Below, piece after piece: positions 47,615 to 57,177 of a stretch of 64,000 bases of DNA (positions are counted from its first letter, which is position 1; every line of letters begins with the position of its first letter). Below the pieces are notes generated by a model. The model was not told where the DNA came from and ran no database searches. It saw only the letters and a list, made by a program, of their open reading frames with translations. The position numbers and the translations under genes are program-made. This DNA comes from a virus (lineage: Duplodnaviria; Caudoviricetes): the IMG/VR virus record IMGVR_UViG_2933088407_000001, positions 1 through 64,000 of that record. One strand, 5' to 3'.

Positions 47615-48664
47615 TCAGAACACCGACGCCGTGACGTGGATGTCCGGGACATACATCACCGGCATGGCGACAGCGGCGCCCTTGGTCCACACCTGGACCG
47701 GGTCGTCCTTGTAGCCGTGGGTGACGACGATGCCGGGGGCTTCCTCCCGCTCGATGGCGGGGTTGCCGCCGGAGGACAGGACCAGGGACTCGGCGGTGAC
47801 GCCGTACTGCGTCTCGGCCCACTCCTGCGGGTTCGGGGGCAGCAGGATCCACTTGTTGTCGGGGATGGGGCGGGCGGTGGTGCCGTCGTCCAGGGGGATC
47901 TGCACGTCGTAGATCTGGATGGGCGGCAGCCCGTAGCGCGCTCTCACGACGTCGACCTCGTTGGGCGCGAGGGTCGCCGTGGGGGTGTTCGACGGGTTCA
48001 CCGAGCCGTAGTAGGCGGCGCGATAGGCGTTGTTCGCCATGAGCAGCGCGCGGGCCTTGTAGGAGGTCAGGACGCGGGAGGGAAGAGGCGCGCCGGAGGC
48101 CCGGAGCGTTTCGATCCAGGCCTGCTCGTCGGCGATGGCGTCGGCGGTCGGGTCCGTCCACGCGGTCGAGGCGGTCGGCATGTTCGCCGAGGGAACGCCG
48201 GCGTCGTACTCGACGGTCAGGCCGTTCTCTCCGGAAAGGGTGAACTTGCCGTCGGTGAGGAGGTCGCCGACGGCGAGCTCCAGGCGGGACTTGATGGACT
48301 GCACGTGGGCGGCGACGTCCTGGTAGAGCAGTTCGACCAGTTCGGAGGAGTCGGCGCCGCGGGCGGTGTCGAGGAGGATCTGCTCCAGTTCGCCGACCAG
48401 GTACTTCTGGCCGAGCGGGGGCAGCATGCCCTCGGTGACGATGCGCTGCGCCTCGCGGGTGGCGACGGCGGTCTGCGCGTCCCAGGCGCGGTACTTGGCG
48501 GCGGCGACCCGTCGCGAGCTGCGCTTGATGCGGAACTTGACGGAGTTGATGGCGCGTTCCGGCATGACCGAGAGGGTCAGGGCGTAGTCGGCGGGTGTCT
48601 GGACCTCGCGGACGAACGCGTTGATCGCGGTGGCGTCGATGTCCCTGAGCAGGGCGTCAAGCAT
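47615..48664 (-). CDS. major capsid protein
   Basis: 349 aa; AKYRAWDA, LPPLGQK, SRLELA, DPVQVWTKG.AVAMPV. Confidence 0.88.
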   Translation of the reverse strand: MLDALLRDIDATAINAFVREVQTPADYALTLSVMPERAINSVKFRIKRSSRRVAAAKYRAWDAQTAVATREAQRIVTEGMLPPLGQKYLVGELEQILLDTARGADSSELVELLYQDVAAHVQSIKSRLELAVGDLLTDGKFTLSGENGLTVEYDAGVPSANMPTASTAWTDPTADAIADEQAWIETLRASGAPLPSRVLTSYKARALLMANNAYRAAYYGSVNPSNTPTATLAPNEVDVVRARYGLPPIQIYDVQIPLDDGTTARPIPDNKWILLPPNPQEWAETQYGVTAESLVLSSGGNPAIEREEAPGIVVTHGYKDDPVQVWTKGAAVAMPVMYVPDIHVTASVF

Positions 48665-48679
48665 GGTGTGTCACCCCTT

Positions 48680-49411
48680 TCAGGAGAAGTTGATGGAGTC
48701 GGTGCGGCCGGTGGATGCCGGGCGCTCGAAGGGGAGGGGGAGCTTGTCCATGCGGACGTCGCCGTGGACGAGCATTGCGGCGCCGCACTTGGTGGAGCCG
48801 GGGTTGAACGCGGTCTCGGTGTAGAGGAGGCCGGCGAAGACCTGGGTGCCGTCGGAGGCTCCGGCCGCGCCTCCGGCGGTGGTAGTGGCGACCGAGACGG
48901 CGGGGCTGGAGCCGCCGGTGAGGGAGGCGCCGGAGGCGGTCATCTGCGCGACGTCGTCGCCGAGGTTCGCGCCGCCGAAGGTGACGGTGTAGGGGCCGCC
49001 CGCGGATCCGGTGACGGTGACGTCGCCGGGCGCGATGTTGGACAGGGCCTCCAGCGCGGTGCGCACGGTGGCGGCGGTCGCGTTGTAGGCGATGGCGGCG
49101 GTGGTCTGCGAGTTCCAGGTCAGGGTGAACGTGCCGCCCGTGGGCGACCCGGTGATGGTGACGGTCTGGACCTCGTTGGTGGCACCGGCGTACGGCGCGT
49201 ACAGGCCGGAGGAGGTGACCTTGCCGAGCGGCAGGCCGGACTTCAGGCGCCGCATCGGCTGGTAGGCGGTGCCCTCGACCCAGTGGACGTTCTCGGAGAA
49301 CTTCGTCAGGTCGAGGGTGACGGTCTTGTTGGTCTCGGAGCCGTGGAGGGACAGCAGCCAAGGCCGGTCCGCTGTGACGGTCTCACTCGTGGTGGTCGGC
49401 TGGATGTCCAC
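48680..49411 (-). CDS. head decoration protein with an inserted domain
   Basis: LKSGLPLGKVT.SGLYAPY ... FAGLLY ... MLVHG, interrupted by an NEVQTVTITG domain. Confidence 0.75.
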   Translation of the reverse strand: MDIQPTTTSETVTADRPWLLSLHGSETNKTVTLDLTKFSENVHWVEGTAYQPMRRLKSGLPLGKVTSSGLYAPYAGATNEVQTVTITGSPTGGTFTLTWNSQTTAAIAYNATAATVRTALEALSNIAPGDVTVTGSAGGPYTVTFGGANLGDDVAQMTASGASLTGGSSPAVSVATTTAGGAAGASDGTQVFAGLLYTETAFNPGSTKCGAAMLVHGDVRMDKLPLPFERPASTGRTDSINFS

Positions 49412-49517
49412 GCCGTCCTCCCCTTTCGCGATGATCGCGGGATGTGTTCGGCTTCACCGCTGGGGTGTCGCGTCCACGTGGGGAGGGCGTGGTCCCTGGC
49501 TCTATGGGTGGTGCGGG

Positions 49518-50264
49518 TCAGGCGGCGTCGGAGCGGGTGCGGAAGCCCATCTGCTCGGCGCGCTTGCGGGCCTGCGCCTTGACGTTGTCCTTGGTGGCTG
49601 GAGTGCGCGGCGGCGGTCCGCCGGCGGGGGATCCGCCGGGAGCGGGCGGCAGCGCGGTCGCGGGCTGGGGGGCGGGGTGGGCGCCGAACAGTTCGGGGCG
49701 GCGTTCCTTCAGCTTCTCCGCGGCCTCGGCCAGCGCGGCATCGTCGGCGTCGTCGGCGACGCGCAGCAGGGCCGCGGCGTCCTCAAGGTCCTCGCCGGTC
49801 GCACCAAGTCCGACCAGGACGGAGCGGCGGCTGGCGGCGCGTTCCCGGGCTACGGCGGCGGCTTCCTTGGCGGCGAGCTCCTGCTCGCGCTTGTCGAGGG
49901 CGGCCTTGCGCTTCTCTTCCTCGGAGAGCGCTGCTTCCTTGGCCTGGCGGGCGGCTTCGATGAAGGCCTTGGCGTCGTCGGCGCTGCTGAAGCCGTTGGC
50001 GGTGGCGAAGTCCTCGAGGGCCTTGCGGGCGCCGGCGCGTTCACCCTGGGACTTTTCCTTGGCGGCGAGGGCCGCAACTTCGTCCTGGGTGAAGACCTTG
50101 GTGGAGGGCGGGGCGGGCTTGGGAGCCTCGGAGGCGGGCGCCGGTTCGGTGGGCGGGTCGCCGCCGTCGGCGTAGAACGTGTGTGAGTTCGTGGCGTAGG
50201 GGTGCGACCAGCCGGCCGCGTGCGCGGCGGCAGTGTGCGGGTGGTGCAGCGCGGGGCGGCGCAT
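49518..50264 (-). CDS. capsid scaffolding protein
   Basis: FTQDEV, coiled coil, RPELF; position. Confidence 0.8.
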   Translation of the reverse strand: MRRPALHHPHTAAAHAAGWSHPYATNSHTFYADGGDPPTEPAPASEAPKPAPPSTKVFTQDEVAALAAKEKSQGERAGARKALEDFATANGFSSADDAKAFIEAARQAKEAALSEEEKRKAALDKREQELAAKEAAAVARERAASRRSVLVGLGATGEDLEDAAALLRVADDADDAALAEAAEKLKERRPELFGAHPAPQPATALPPAPGGSPAGGPPPRTPATKDNVKAQARKRAEQMGFRTRSDAA

Positions 50265-50292
50265 GGGGCGTAGTCCTCCCACAGGAGAGTCG

Positions 50293-50319
50293 TCAGGCCC
50301 CGCGCCTGTGATCAGGGTA
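50293..50319 (-). promoter_or_regulatory. late promoter/leader motif
   Basis: TACCCT-N5-CAGGCGCGGGGCCTGA upstream of the scaffold gene. Confidence 0.6.
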
Positions 50320-50329
50320 GGCACATTCG

Positions 50330-52279
50330 TCATCGGGTATTCCCCCTATCCTGCCCGGGTTTCCCGTTTCCGCTGGTCACGGCTTCCGCCTGGGTCCCGT
50401 CGGCGGCTGCCTGATCGTCAGCTGCGGCCTGGTCTCCGGGGAGCGCCGGGAGGACGACGGCTGGGGCGACGGGGTCGGGGTTGAGGTCGAGGCCGAGGTA
50501 GTCGCCGACGGCGCCGCTGTCGCCGGTGGCATCGGCCAGGGCCTTGGCGGCGTCGAACTGCCTGGACTGGATGCGCTCGATCTCCTCGGCAGCGTCGTCG
50601 ATCGGGAATCCAGCGTCCTCGAGCATGCGCACACCCGTCTCCAGGGAGAGGACGCCCTTCTCGACGCCGGTGGTGACCTGCTCGAGGACCGCAGTCTTGT
50701 CGGTGGGGGTGTAGGCGCCGAAGGTGAGCTTCGCGGGCTGCGGTTGGATGCCGGCCCAGTCGGGGTGCTGTCCCGCCAGGAAGAGGCGCTGCACCATCTT
50801 CAGGAGCAGGGCGTACTTGTGGTCGCGGGCCAGGCGCATGGCGGCGACGAGGGAGTCCAGCGGTCCGAGGGATAGCTGGAGGGCGTAGCCGGACGGGACC
50901 TTGGAGGGGTCCATGGTGCCGAGGGCGACGGCGGGGATGCGGGCGACGTTTGCGGTGCGGTCGTGGAGGTCGTGGACGTGGTTGCGGAGTTCGGCGAGGT
51001 TGCGGCTGGTGTCGACGGCGACCATGCCGCCGCCTTCCCCCAGCGTGTAGACGATTCCTGGGCCGACCTCCTCGAGGACGCCGCTGCCGGTGGCGGCCTT
51101 GCCCCAGATGCCGATGGGCGGGGATCCGGTGGTGGCGGAGGCGCGGGCCGAGTCGGTGTCGGAGCCGGCGAGCTCGTCGAGGACCTGGAGGACCTTGGCG
51201 AGGGAGGACTGGCCCCAGTGCTCCTCCGCCGGGGGCACCGTGTTGGGGAGGTGGATGACCGGGATGAAGTCCAGCAGGAGGTCGAGGTGGTCGAGGACTT
51301 CGCCGTCGGAGCGGGTCGCGAACGTCGCGGCGCCCAGCGGAAGACTGTCGACGTCGCAGGGGCCCTTGATGTCGCCCAGGTTCCAGGTGGCGTCGGTCAG
51401 GTAGCAGGTGGCAAAGGATGGCTGGTCGTTCCAGGCGTACATGCGGGAGATGGCACCGCTGCCGGGGTCGAACATATCGCCGGGGCCAAGCGGCGGGGGC
51501 GGCTGCTCGCCTTCGACGGCGTCCTCGGGCAGTTCGACGGGGAGCGGGGCGCGCACGGCCCGGCCGGCCTGGTCGACGCCGGATGCGGTGGCGGGGCGGA
51601 TCCAGTCCAGCTCGTAGGTGATGCGCCGGATCCGGGCCTTGAGGCCGCGCTTGGGGTCCTCGGGCAGTTCCCAGGCGAAGTGGACACGGGTGGGGAACTC
51701 GCCACCGTCGTCGTCCTCGCCGATCACCGGGAAGTAGAAGCCCGGGTCGTGGACGCGGAGGGTGGGCCGGTTCTTGCCGCGGTCCCACGCGAGGCGGTAG
51801 ACGCCGTCGCCGAGGGAGACCGCCTTGCGTTCGGCCTGCTGAAGGCGCATCGGGAGCTGCTCGGCCTCGGACCAGTCGCGCAGCAGCTCCTGCACCTTCG
51901 CGGCCATCGCGGTGTCCGCGTCGGCGGCGTCGGAACCTTCGTGCTCAGCTCCGGGCACGGTGATGGTCTGCTCGCGCCCCAGGACGTGGGCCATGACAGT
52001 GTCGATCAGCATGCTGGGGTCGCCGAACTCCCGGCGGTCCCGCGCGTGGATGTCCCCGCCGACTGCGGCGAGCTCGGCGGCCTGGTTCTGGTCGTACGCA
52101 GCGAGGAGCTTGTAGGCGGCGAGGCGCTTCTCGTCTTCGGCGGGCACCCACATGGCGTGGGCCTCGGTGAAGGCGCGGCGGTTGGGCATGCCGTTCGTGT
52201 CGCTGCTGTAGATCGGCTTGTAGTTCAGCCATGACCAGGCATGGATGACGACCTCGCGGCTTCGCCCGAGCAGGCCCAC
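50330..52279 (-). CDS. portal protein
   Basis: ERKAVSLGDG, FIPVIHLPN...WGQS, PSGYAL; position. Confidence 0.85.
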   Translation of the reverse strand: MGLLGRSREVVIHAWSWLNYKPIYSSDTNGMPNRRAFTEAHAMWVPAEDEKRLAAYKLLAAYDQNQAAELAAVGGDIHARDRREFGDPSMLIDTVMAHVLGREQTITVPGAEHEGSDAADADTAMAAKVQELLRDWSEAEQLPMRLQQAERKAVSLGDGVYRLAWDRGKNRPTLRVHDPGFYFPVIGEDDDGGEFPTRVHFAWELPEDPKRGLKARIRRITYELDWIRPATASGVDQAGRAVRAPLPVELPEDAVEGEQPPPPLGPGDMFDPGSGAISRMYAWNDQPSFATCYLTDATWNLGDIKGPCDVDSLPLGAATFATRSDGEVLDHLDLLLDFIPVIHLPNTVPPAEEHWGQSSLAKVLQVLDELAGSDTDSARASATTGSPPIGIWGKAATGSGVLEEVGPGIVYTLGEGGGMVAVDTSRNLAELRNHVHDLHDRTANVARIPAVALGTMDPSKVPSGYALQLSLGPLDSLVAAMRLARDHKYALLLKMVQRLFLAGQHPDWAGIQPQPAKLTFGAYTPTDKTAVLEQVTTGVEKGVLSLETGVRMLEDAGFPIDDAAEEIERIQSRQFDAAKALADATGDSGAVGDYLGLDLNPDPVAPAVVLPALPGDQAAADDQAAADGTQAEAVTSGNGKPGQDRGNTR

Positions 52280-52297
52280 AGTGGTCTCCGTCCACGT

Positions 52298-52324
52298 TCA
52301 GGCCCCGCGCCTGATCACAGGGTA
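52298..52324 (-). promoter_or_regulatory. late promoter/leader motif
   Basis: TACCCT-N5-CAGGCGCGGGGCCTGA upstream of the portal gene. Confidence 0.6.
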
Positions 52325-52468
52325 CGGGCGGATCGTGTGGGCGTTGCCCCCGGTGCCGGGGCGGGAGTCTTGCGGGGCGGTTGGCGTGGAGGCGCTTCTC
52401 CGCTCGGGTACGGTACGGACGGCGCCCCGGCTGCTTTCCTCAGCCGGGGCACCGCTGCGTTTGGCCAC

Positions 52469-53290
52469 TCACTCGTCGTCGTCCGCCTCACCCTCGTCGG
52501 TCGGTTCGGTGGCGCACTCCTCGCAGCCGACCGCTGGCTGCTCCTCGTGCTCGTGGCAGACGACAAGGATCTCGATCTTGTCGGTCTCGTCCTCTTTGGC
52601 GAGCTGCCCGAGTTCGTCCGCCGCCCAGTTCGCGACATCGGTGGCGCAGTCGCCGGAGTAGACGAAGCCGCCCGCGCCCTCGGACCACGCGCCGTAGGTG
52701 GTACCGGGCTCGCATGCCGGGATCGTGCCGAGCTCGATCGCCCGGCCGCCGCGCTTGTCCTCGATGCTGTGGGCGTTGCAGTTGGTCTGGCTGCTGCATG
52801 TCGCGCGGCGCTGACGGATGGTCTCGCTTTGGCGGGCGGCCTCGGTTACCTCGTCTGCGCTGTTCTCCTGCGCCTTTTGGCCCTCGGCCTTGTCGATCGC
52901 CTTAAGGGTCTGCTCAAGCGCCGCCTCCAGTCGGCCAACCCAGTAGATCGGGTTCGTCTTCCAGCCATTGACCTTCAGTTCAGTCAGGGCGATGCGGGCG
53001 GCAGCGATGGCGGCGTCACTCGACGGCACGTACTCATCAGAGTCAGTGCTGGTGATGGCGGGCTCGGTCACGGTGGTCTCCTGTGCGTCTTCGATGGTCT
53101 CTTCGGTGGTGCCGAAGTGGGCGTAGGGCTTGTTGCTGCCGGGGCATGGGGCGGCGGCCATGTCCTGGACGGAGTTCGGGCGGCCCCACTTGTCTTCGCG
53201 TGTCGCCGGGCGGTGCTTGCGCATGGTGCCGTCCTGGTTCACGGGGCCGTACCACATGCAGTAGTTGCAGCATTCGCGTTCGCGCTTCAT
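52469..53290 (-). CDS. acidic Cys-containing hypothetical protein (moron-like)
   Basis: GGAG RBS; inserted between the terminase and portal genes. Confidence 0.55.
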   Translation of the reverse strand: MKRERECCNYCMWYGPVNQDGTMRKHRPATREDKWGRPNSVQDMAAAPCPGSNKPYAHFGTTEETIEDAQETTVTEPAITSTDSDEYVPSSDAAIAAARIALTELKVNGWKTNPIYWVGRLEAALEQTLKAIDKAEGQKAQENSADEVTEAARQSETIRQRRATCSSQTNCNAHSIEDKRGGRAIELGTIPACEPGTTYGAWSEGAGGFVYSGDCATDVANWAADELGQLAKEDETDKIEILVVCHEHEEQPAVGCEECATEPTDEGEADDDE

Positions 53291-53332
53291 CTCGGTCTCC
53301 CCTGCTCGCCACTCCCTTATGCCCTTAAGGTT

Positions 53333-53380
53333 GGCCTAGCAACTTGGCATTGTCAAGTGGTTCGGCCTAGCAGCTTGGCC
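53333..53380. promoter_or_regulatory. paired operators between divergent genes
   Basis: GGCCTAGCAACTTGGC and GGCCTAGCAGCTTGGC flank a minus-strand TTGACA. Confidence 0.6.
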
Positions 53381-53402
53381 AAGTAGATGGCATGATGGCG
53401 GC

Positions 53403-53624
53403 ATGGATACCGCCAAGCTCGAACTCGCGGCGCAGCGCTACCGCGAAGCGGAAGCCGCACTCGATGCAGCCAGGGCAGACCTCCGCGCCGAAGCTGTCGC
53501 CGCGATGCGCCAGGACCCCAAGCGCGGCGACCAGGCAGAAGTTGTCCGCATCACCGGATGGACACGCGAGCAGATCCGGCTGCTCATGAAGGCCGCAGAA
53601 CAGGGGACTTCAACGACGGCCTGA
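53403..53624 (+). CDS. small HTH regulator
   Basis: DQAEVVRITGWTREQIR. Confidence 0.75.
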   Translation: MDTAKLELAAQRYREAEAALDAARADLRAEAVAAMRQDPKRGDQAEVVRITGWTREQIRLLMKAAEQGTSTTA

Positions 53625-55175
53625 GAGTCGCCTGTCGGTGTACGCGAGCGTCCCGACTGCCGCCGCGGCGGGGTCTGCAAGCTCGGTGAGGGCGTGCACG
53701 GCCGCGTCCATCCGGTCCGGGGAGTCAAGGCCAGGGAGCCAGGTGACCATCTGCGTCTCCAGCTGTGGAAGCTCCCCCACGTGGTGGACGAGTCCCTGCT
53801 CGTATAGCTGGGCGATCGGCTCGGCGCGGAGGCGTTTGCCCTTCTTCGCGTTGACTTCGATGATCCGCGGCGCCGTGCGGCCCTTGGTGAGGTTCTCCCG
53901 CTGGAGCTGTTCCCAGCCTTGGACGACGGCTTGGCGAGCCATGTCGCCGCCGTAGTTGGTCTCCACGACGATGGCGTCGGCGTCGAGCTCGAGGGCGAGG
54001 AGGCAGGCTTCGCGGCCGCGGTCGTTGGGGCCGTGGCGTCCGGAGCGGTCGGCGAGGACGTAGTACTCCCCCGCGGCGTCACGGCCGGCTGCAACGATGC
54101 CGCTCTCGTCGTTGGTGGCGCTGTCGCCGCCGGCGGGGTCGAGGGCAACGACAACGCGAGTGAGGTCGACGCCGCGGAATGCCATGGGGCTGGTGCGGTG
54201 GTCGGTGATCCAGGCCCATTGCCATACGCCGCCTTCGAGGGGGCGGGGCTGCTGTTGGTAGAGGGCCCACCAGACGCGTTCACCGACGGCGCGCTTGGTG
54301 CGGGCGAGCTCCTCGGCGTCGTACTGCTCGGGCCACAGGGCGTCGCCAGGTTGCCTGCCAAGGGGGTCGTCCTCGGAGAGGGCCAGTGCCGGCAGGTCGA
54401 TGAGGGTCCAGTTTTCTGGCTCGGTGGCGAGGATCCGGCCGGAGAGGTCGTCCTCGTGCCAGCGTGTGTTGATCAAGACTATGGAGGCGCCGGGTGCGCG
54501 GCGGGTGTAGAAGACGGACTGGTACCAGTCCCAGACGCGTCCTCGCTGGGCAGGGCTGTTCGCATCGTCGGAGCCCTTAAATGGATCATCGATAATGCCG
54601 AGCGAAAATCCCTTGCCAGTCAAGCTCCCCCCGACGCCGGCGGTGACCATGCCGCCGCGGATGCTGGAGCCGCGGGGGGCTGCGAGGTCGAAGCGGTTGG
54701 CAGCGCGGGAGGCATCGTCGAGGCGGACGCCGAGGGTGTCGGCGTGTTCGCGGAGCTGGTCGCGGACCCACCGGCCGTGGTCGTCGGCGAGATCTGCCCC
54801 GTAGGAGGCAAGCATGACGCGGGCGGTCGGGTTGCGCCGCAGATACCAGAGCGGTCCCCATCGCGACGCTCTTTGCGATTTTCCGTGTCGAGGAGGCATC
54901 GTCAGCATGACCTGCATCCGCTCGCCTGCGGCGATGCGCTGGAAGACGCCGTCGATCAGGTCGAGATGGCGGGCCTGCTTCTCCCGTCCCTCGGTGAGGA
55001 CCGCGGCGAGAGCTCCTGGTGAGCGGTCCATAGCCATCTGCCGCTCTACCCAGGCGAGGCGGAGGCGTACCTCGGGCCCGGCTCGTTCGGCGATGCGGCG
55101 GCGGTCGGCGGTGGGCAGGGTGCGGTAGTGCTGGAGGAGGGCGTCCTCGAGGAGGTCATCCGTCGCTGTGGTCAC
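53610..55175 (-). CDS. terL: terminase large subunit
   Basis: MPPRHGKS, IIDDP, TRWHEDDL, YQQQP, VALDPA, SPDRMDA. Confidence 0.95.
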   Translation of the reverse strand: MTTATDDLLEDALLQHYRTLPTADRRRIAERAGPEVRLRLAWVERQMAMDRSPGALAAVLTEGREKQARHLDLIDGVFQRIAAGERMQVMLTMPPRHGKSQRASRWGPLWYLRRNPTARVMLASYGADLADDHGRWVRDQLREHADTLGVRLDDASRAANRFDLAAPRGSSIRGGMVTAGVGGSLTGKGFSLGIIDDPFKGSDDANSPAQRGRVWDWYQSVFYTRRAPGASIVLINTRWHEDDLSGRILATEPENWTLIDLPALALSEDDPLGRQPGDALWPEQYDAEELARTKRAVGERVWWALYQQQPRPLEGGVWQWAWITDHRTSPMAFRGVDLTRVVVALDPAGGDSATNDESGIVAAGRDAAGEYYVLADRSGRHGPNDRGREACLLALELDADAIVVETNYGGDMARQAVVQGWEQLQRENLTKGRTAPRIIEVNAKKGKRLRAEPIAQLYEQGLVHHVGELPQLETQMVTWLPGLDSPDRMDAAVHALTELADPAAAAVGTLAYTDRRLSGRR

Positions 55176-55689
55176 CGTCAGCGTCCTGGTCTTCGGCGGC
55201 CGCGGGCGAGGCCTGGCCGGCTAGGCCGATGAGGGCGTTGAGTTCGGCGAGGGAGCCGTTGCCGAGGGGCACGGCGCCACCGTCGGGTCCGGACAGTTCG
55301 GTGCGGACGGGCGCGTCGAGGCCGTTGAGCTTGGCTCGGCGGTCCATGAGGCGCAGGACTGTGTCGACGGCGCGCATGTCGATCTCCTCGGCGACGACGT
55401 TGCCTTCCTTGTCGAACACCGGGTGGGGCTTTGTGGCGCGGGGCCAGGCGGCCTCGAGGAGCGCGTCCAACCGCTCGTTCTCTTCTTGCCGGTAGACGGA
55501 GACCTCGGCGGCCTGTTCGTCGCGGGCCTGCTCCAGGGCGCGGATGAAGTCCTTGCGGGCGGCACCGGGGGTGGCGTACCCGAGGGTGGTGATGCGTTCG
55601 TCGTCGTACCGGACGCCTTGGCGGCGTAGGGCGACGAGGTGTTTGCGTCGGTCGGCGACCTCGGCTTGTTCGGCTTTGTTTCGGGGCAT
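55156..55689 (-). CDS. terS: terminase small subunit
   Basis: N-terminal HTH; RRAKLNGLDAP.RTELSGPDGG; overlaps terL. Confidence 0.8.
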   Translation of the reverse strand: MPRNKAEQAEVADRRKHLVALRRQGVRYDDERITTLGYATPGAARKDFIRALEQARDEQAAEVSVYRQEENERLDALLEAAWPRATKPHPVFDKEGNVVAEEIDMRAVDTVLRLMDRRAKLNGLDAPVRTELSGPDGGAVPLGNGSLAELNALIGLAGQASPAAAEDQDADGDHSDG

Positions 55690-55722
55690 GGCGGTGGGGC
55701 TCCCGCTGTGTCGTTGTCGTGC

Positions 55723-55749
55723 TCAGGCCCCGCGCCTGTCTTGATGATC
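55723..55749 (-). promoter_or_regulatory. late promoter/leader motif
   Basis: GATCAT-N5-CAGGCGCGGGGCCTGA upstream of terS. Confidence 0.6.
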
Positions 55750-55804
55750 CCGCGGTTTTGGTTGAACCTTCCCCCTTGTCCGCTGGTGGTGGGATCCTCC
55801 GGGC

Positions 55805-56236
55805 ATGAGACGTAGTGGTGGTGTGGGGGCCGCGGTACTGGTCGCGACGGCATTGGTGCTGGTGTCGGGGTGTTCGGACAGCGGCGATGGCGGGGGCGGC
55901 GGGAGGGCGTCGGCTTCGCCGTCGGTCCGGTCGTCGGCGCCGGCCCTGACGGTGGAGGAGGCGCTGGAGCGGTACGGCGAGGTGACGTCCTCGGGCTGTA
56001 CGGATGCGGCGGCCTGCCAGAAGTTCATGGCGGCAAAGCTCGCGGCGGCGGAGGAGTTGCGGGTGGCGATGGTCGCGGAGAGCCCTACGCGGTATGCCGA
56101 GCCGATCGGTTCGTTGGAGGAGGCGGCCCGGCGGGCGGATCACTACGGTCGGGACAACCTGGGGGCGAAGGGCAACAGCTTCGCGGTGTCGCAGCCGATC
56201 CAGGAGGCGATCGCCTGGTTGCGGGGGAACCGCTGA
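55805..56236 (+). CDS. putative lipoprotein
   Basis: Signal peptide with lipobox LVSGC. Confidence 0.75.
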   Translation: MRRSGGVGAAVLVATALVLVSGCSDSGDGGGGGRASASPSVRSSAPALTVEEALERYGEVTSSGCTDAAACQKFMAAKLAAAEELRVAMVAESPTRYAEPIGSLEEAARRADHYGRDNLGAKGNSFAVSQPIQEAIAWLRGNR

Positions 56237-56481
56237 CGTGAAGGGGCCCCGCGCCACGGGGGATGTGGGCGGGGCCGGCCCGGGGGGGTGCGTTGCCTGC
56301 CGGGCGGTGCGCCTGGTCTGGGGGATGACGGGCGCACGATTGGGGGTGCACGGCCCAGTGGTTCCTCGGCGCGGGGACACTAAGGAGTCCCGGGCCGTGC
56401 ACTGATGATGCTGCTGCACATCTGGGGGTTTGTCCGACGTGTATTGCCCCGGTGCTCCTGGCGGCGACCCGGCGGGTGTGG

Positions 56482-56955
56482 TCAGAACGCGTCTTGCAGG
56501 TCGAAGGGCCGGTTGCCCTTGCCTTGGCCGGGGCGGGCGGTGTGGATGAAGGGGAGGAAGCCGCGGGCGCCGTCGTGGAATTCGAGGCCGACGCCGGGGT
56601 GGGCGGTGGGGGTGTCGCCGGCGGAATAAGGGTAGGTCCGCTTGATCTCTGCGTTGCCGGAGTTGTTGAGGATGGCTGCGATGTACGCCTCGGCGGAGGT
56701 TGGTGTGACCTTTCCGTTCTGGAGGAGGTCGGGAACGGGGATCTCGGCGGGAGGTGCCTCGGTGACTGGCTTCTCGGAGTATCCGCCGGGCGGGGAGGCG
56801 CCCACGACGCCGCACCACATTTCGGCTCCGGTGGCGAAGGTGGCCTGGACGCCGAAGGGCCGGGTGGTGCCTTCCTGCCACACCTCTGTTCGCTGGACCT
56901 CGGGGGCGTTTCCGAGGGTTGTAGCGACGAATTCCATGAGGCGTTGCGGGTGCAT
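56482..56955 (-). CDS. hypothetical protein
   Basis: GGAAGG RBS; 157 aa. Confidence 0.65.
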   Translation of the reverse strand: MHPQRLMEFVATTLGNAPEVQRTEVWQEGTTRPFGVQATFATGAEMWCGVVGASPPGGYSEKPVTEAPPAEIPVPDLLQNGKVTPTSAEAYIAAILNNSGNAEIKRTYPYSAGDTPTAHPGVGLEFHDGARGFLPFIHTARPGQGKGNRPFDLQDAF

Positions 56956-56989
56956 GTGCGGCAGTCCTTCCGGTGGGGAGCGAGTCAGT

Positions 56990-57172
56990 TTACGAGGCGG
57001 GGCGGTTGATCACTTCGTGGTCAGGGGTGAGGTGCGCGGCGCGCAGGGCTCGCTGGAGGGGGCTGAGGGGGTCGTGCACGAGGTGTGCGATGACGAGCCG
57101 CCCATCGTCGGTGCGGGCGGCGTATACGTCGGTGGTGCGGTCCGGTTCGGGGGCCGGGGTGGTGCGGGGCAC
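56990..57172 (-). CDS. small hypothetical protein
   Basis: Directly downstream of the FtsK-like gene. Confidence 0.35.
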   Translation of the reverse strand: MPRTTPAPEPDRTTDVYAARTDDGRLVIAHLVHDPLSPLQRALRAAHLTPDHEVINRPAS

Positions 57173-57177
57173 GTGGG

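Noticed and set aside
27267-52234. Long plus-strand ORFs across the virion region (e.g. 27267-29168, 41475-43157, 47636-49582, 50963-52234)
   Set aside because: Antisense shadows of high-GC3 minus-strand genes; no motifs or RBS
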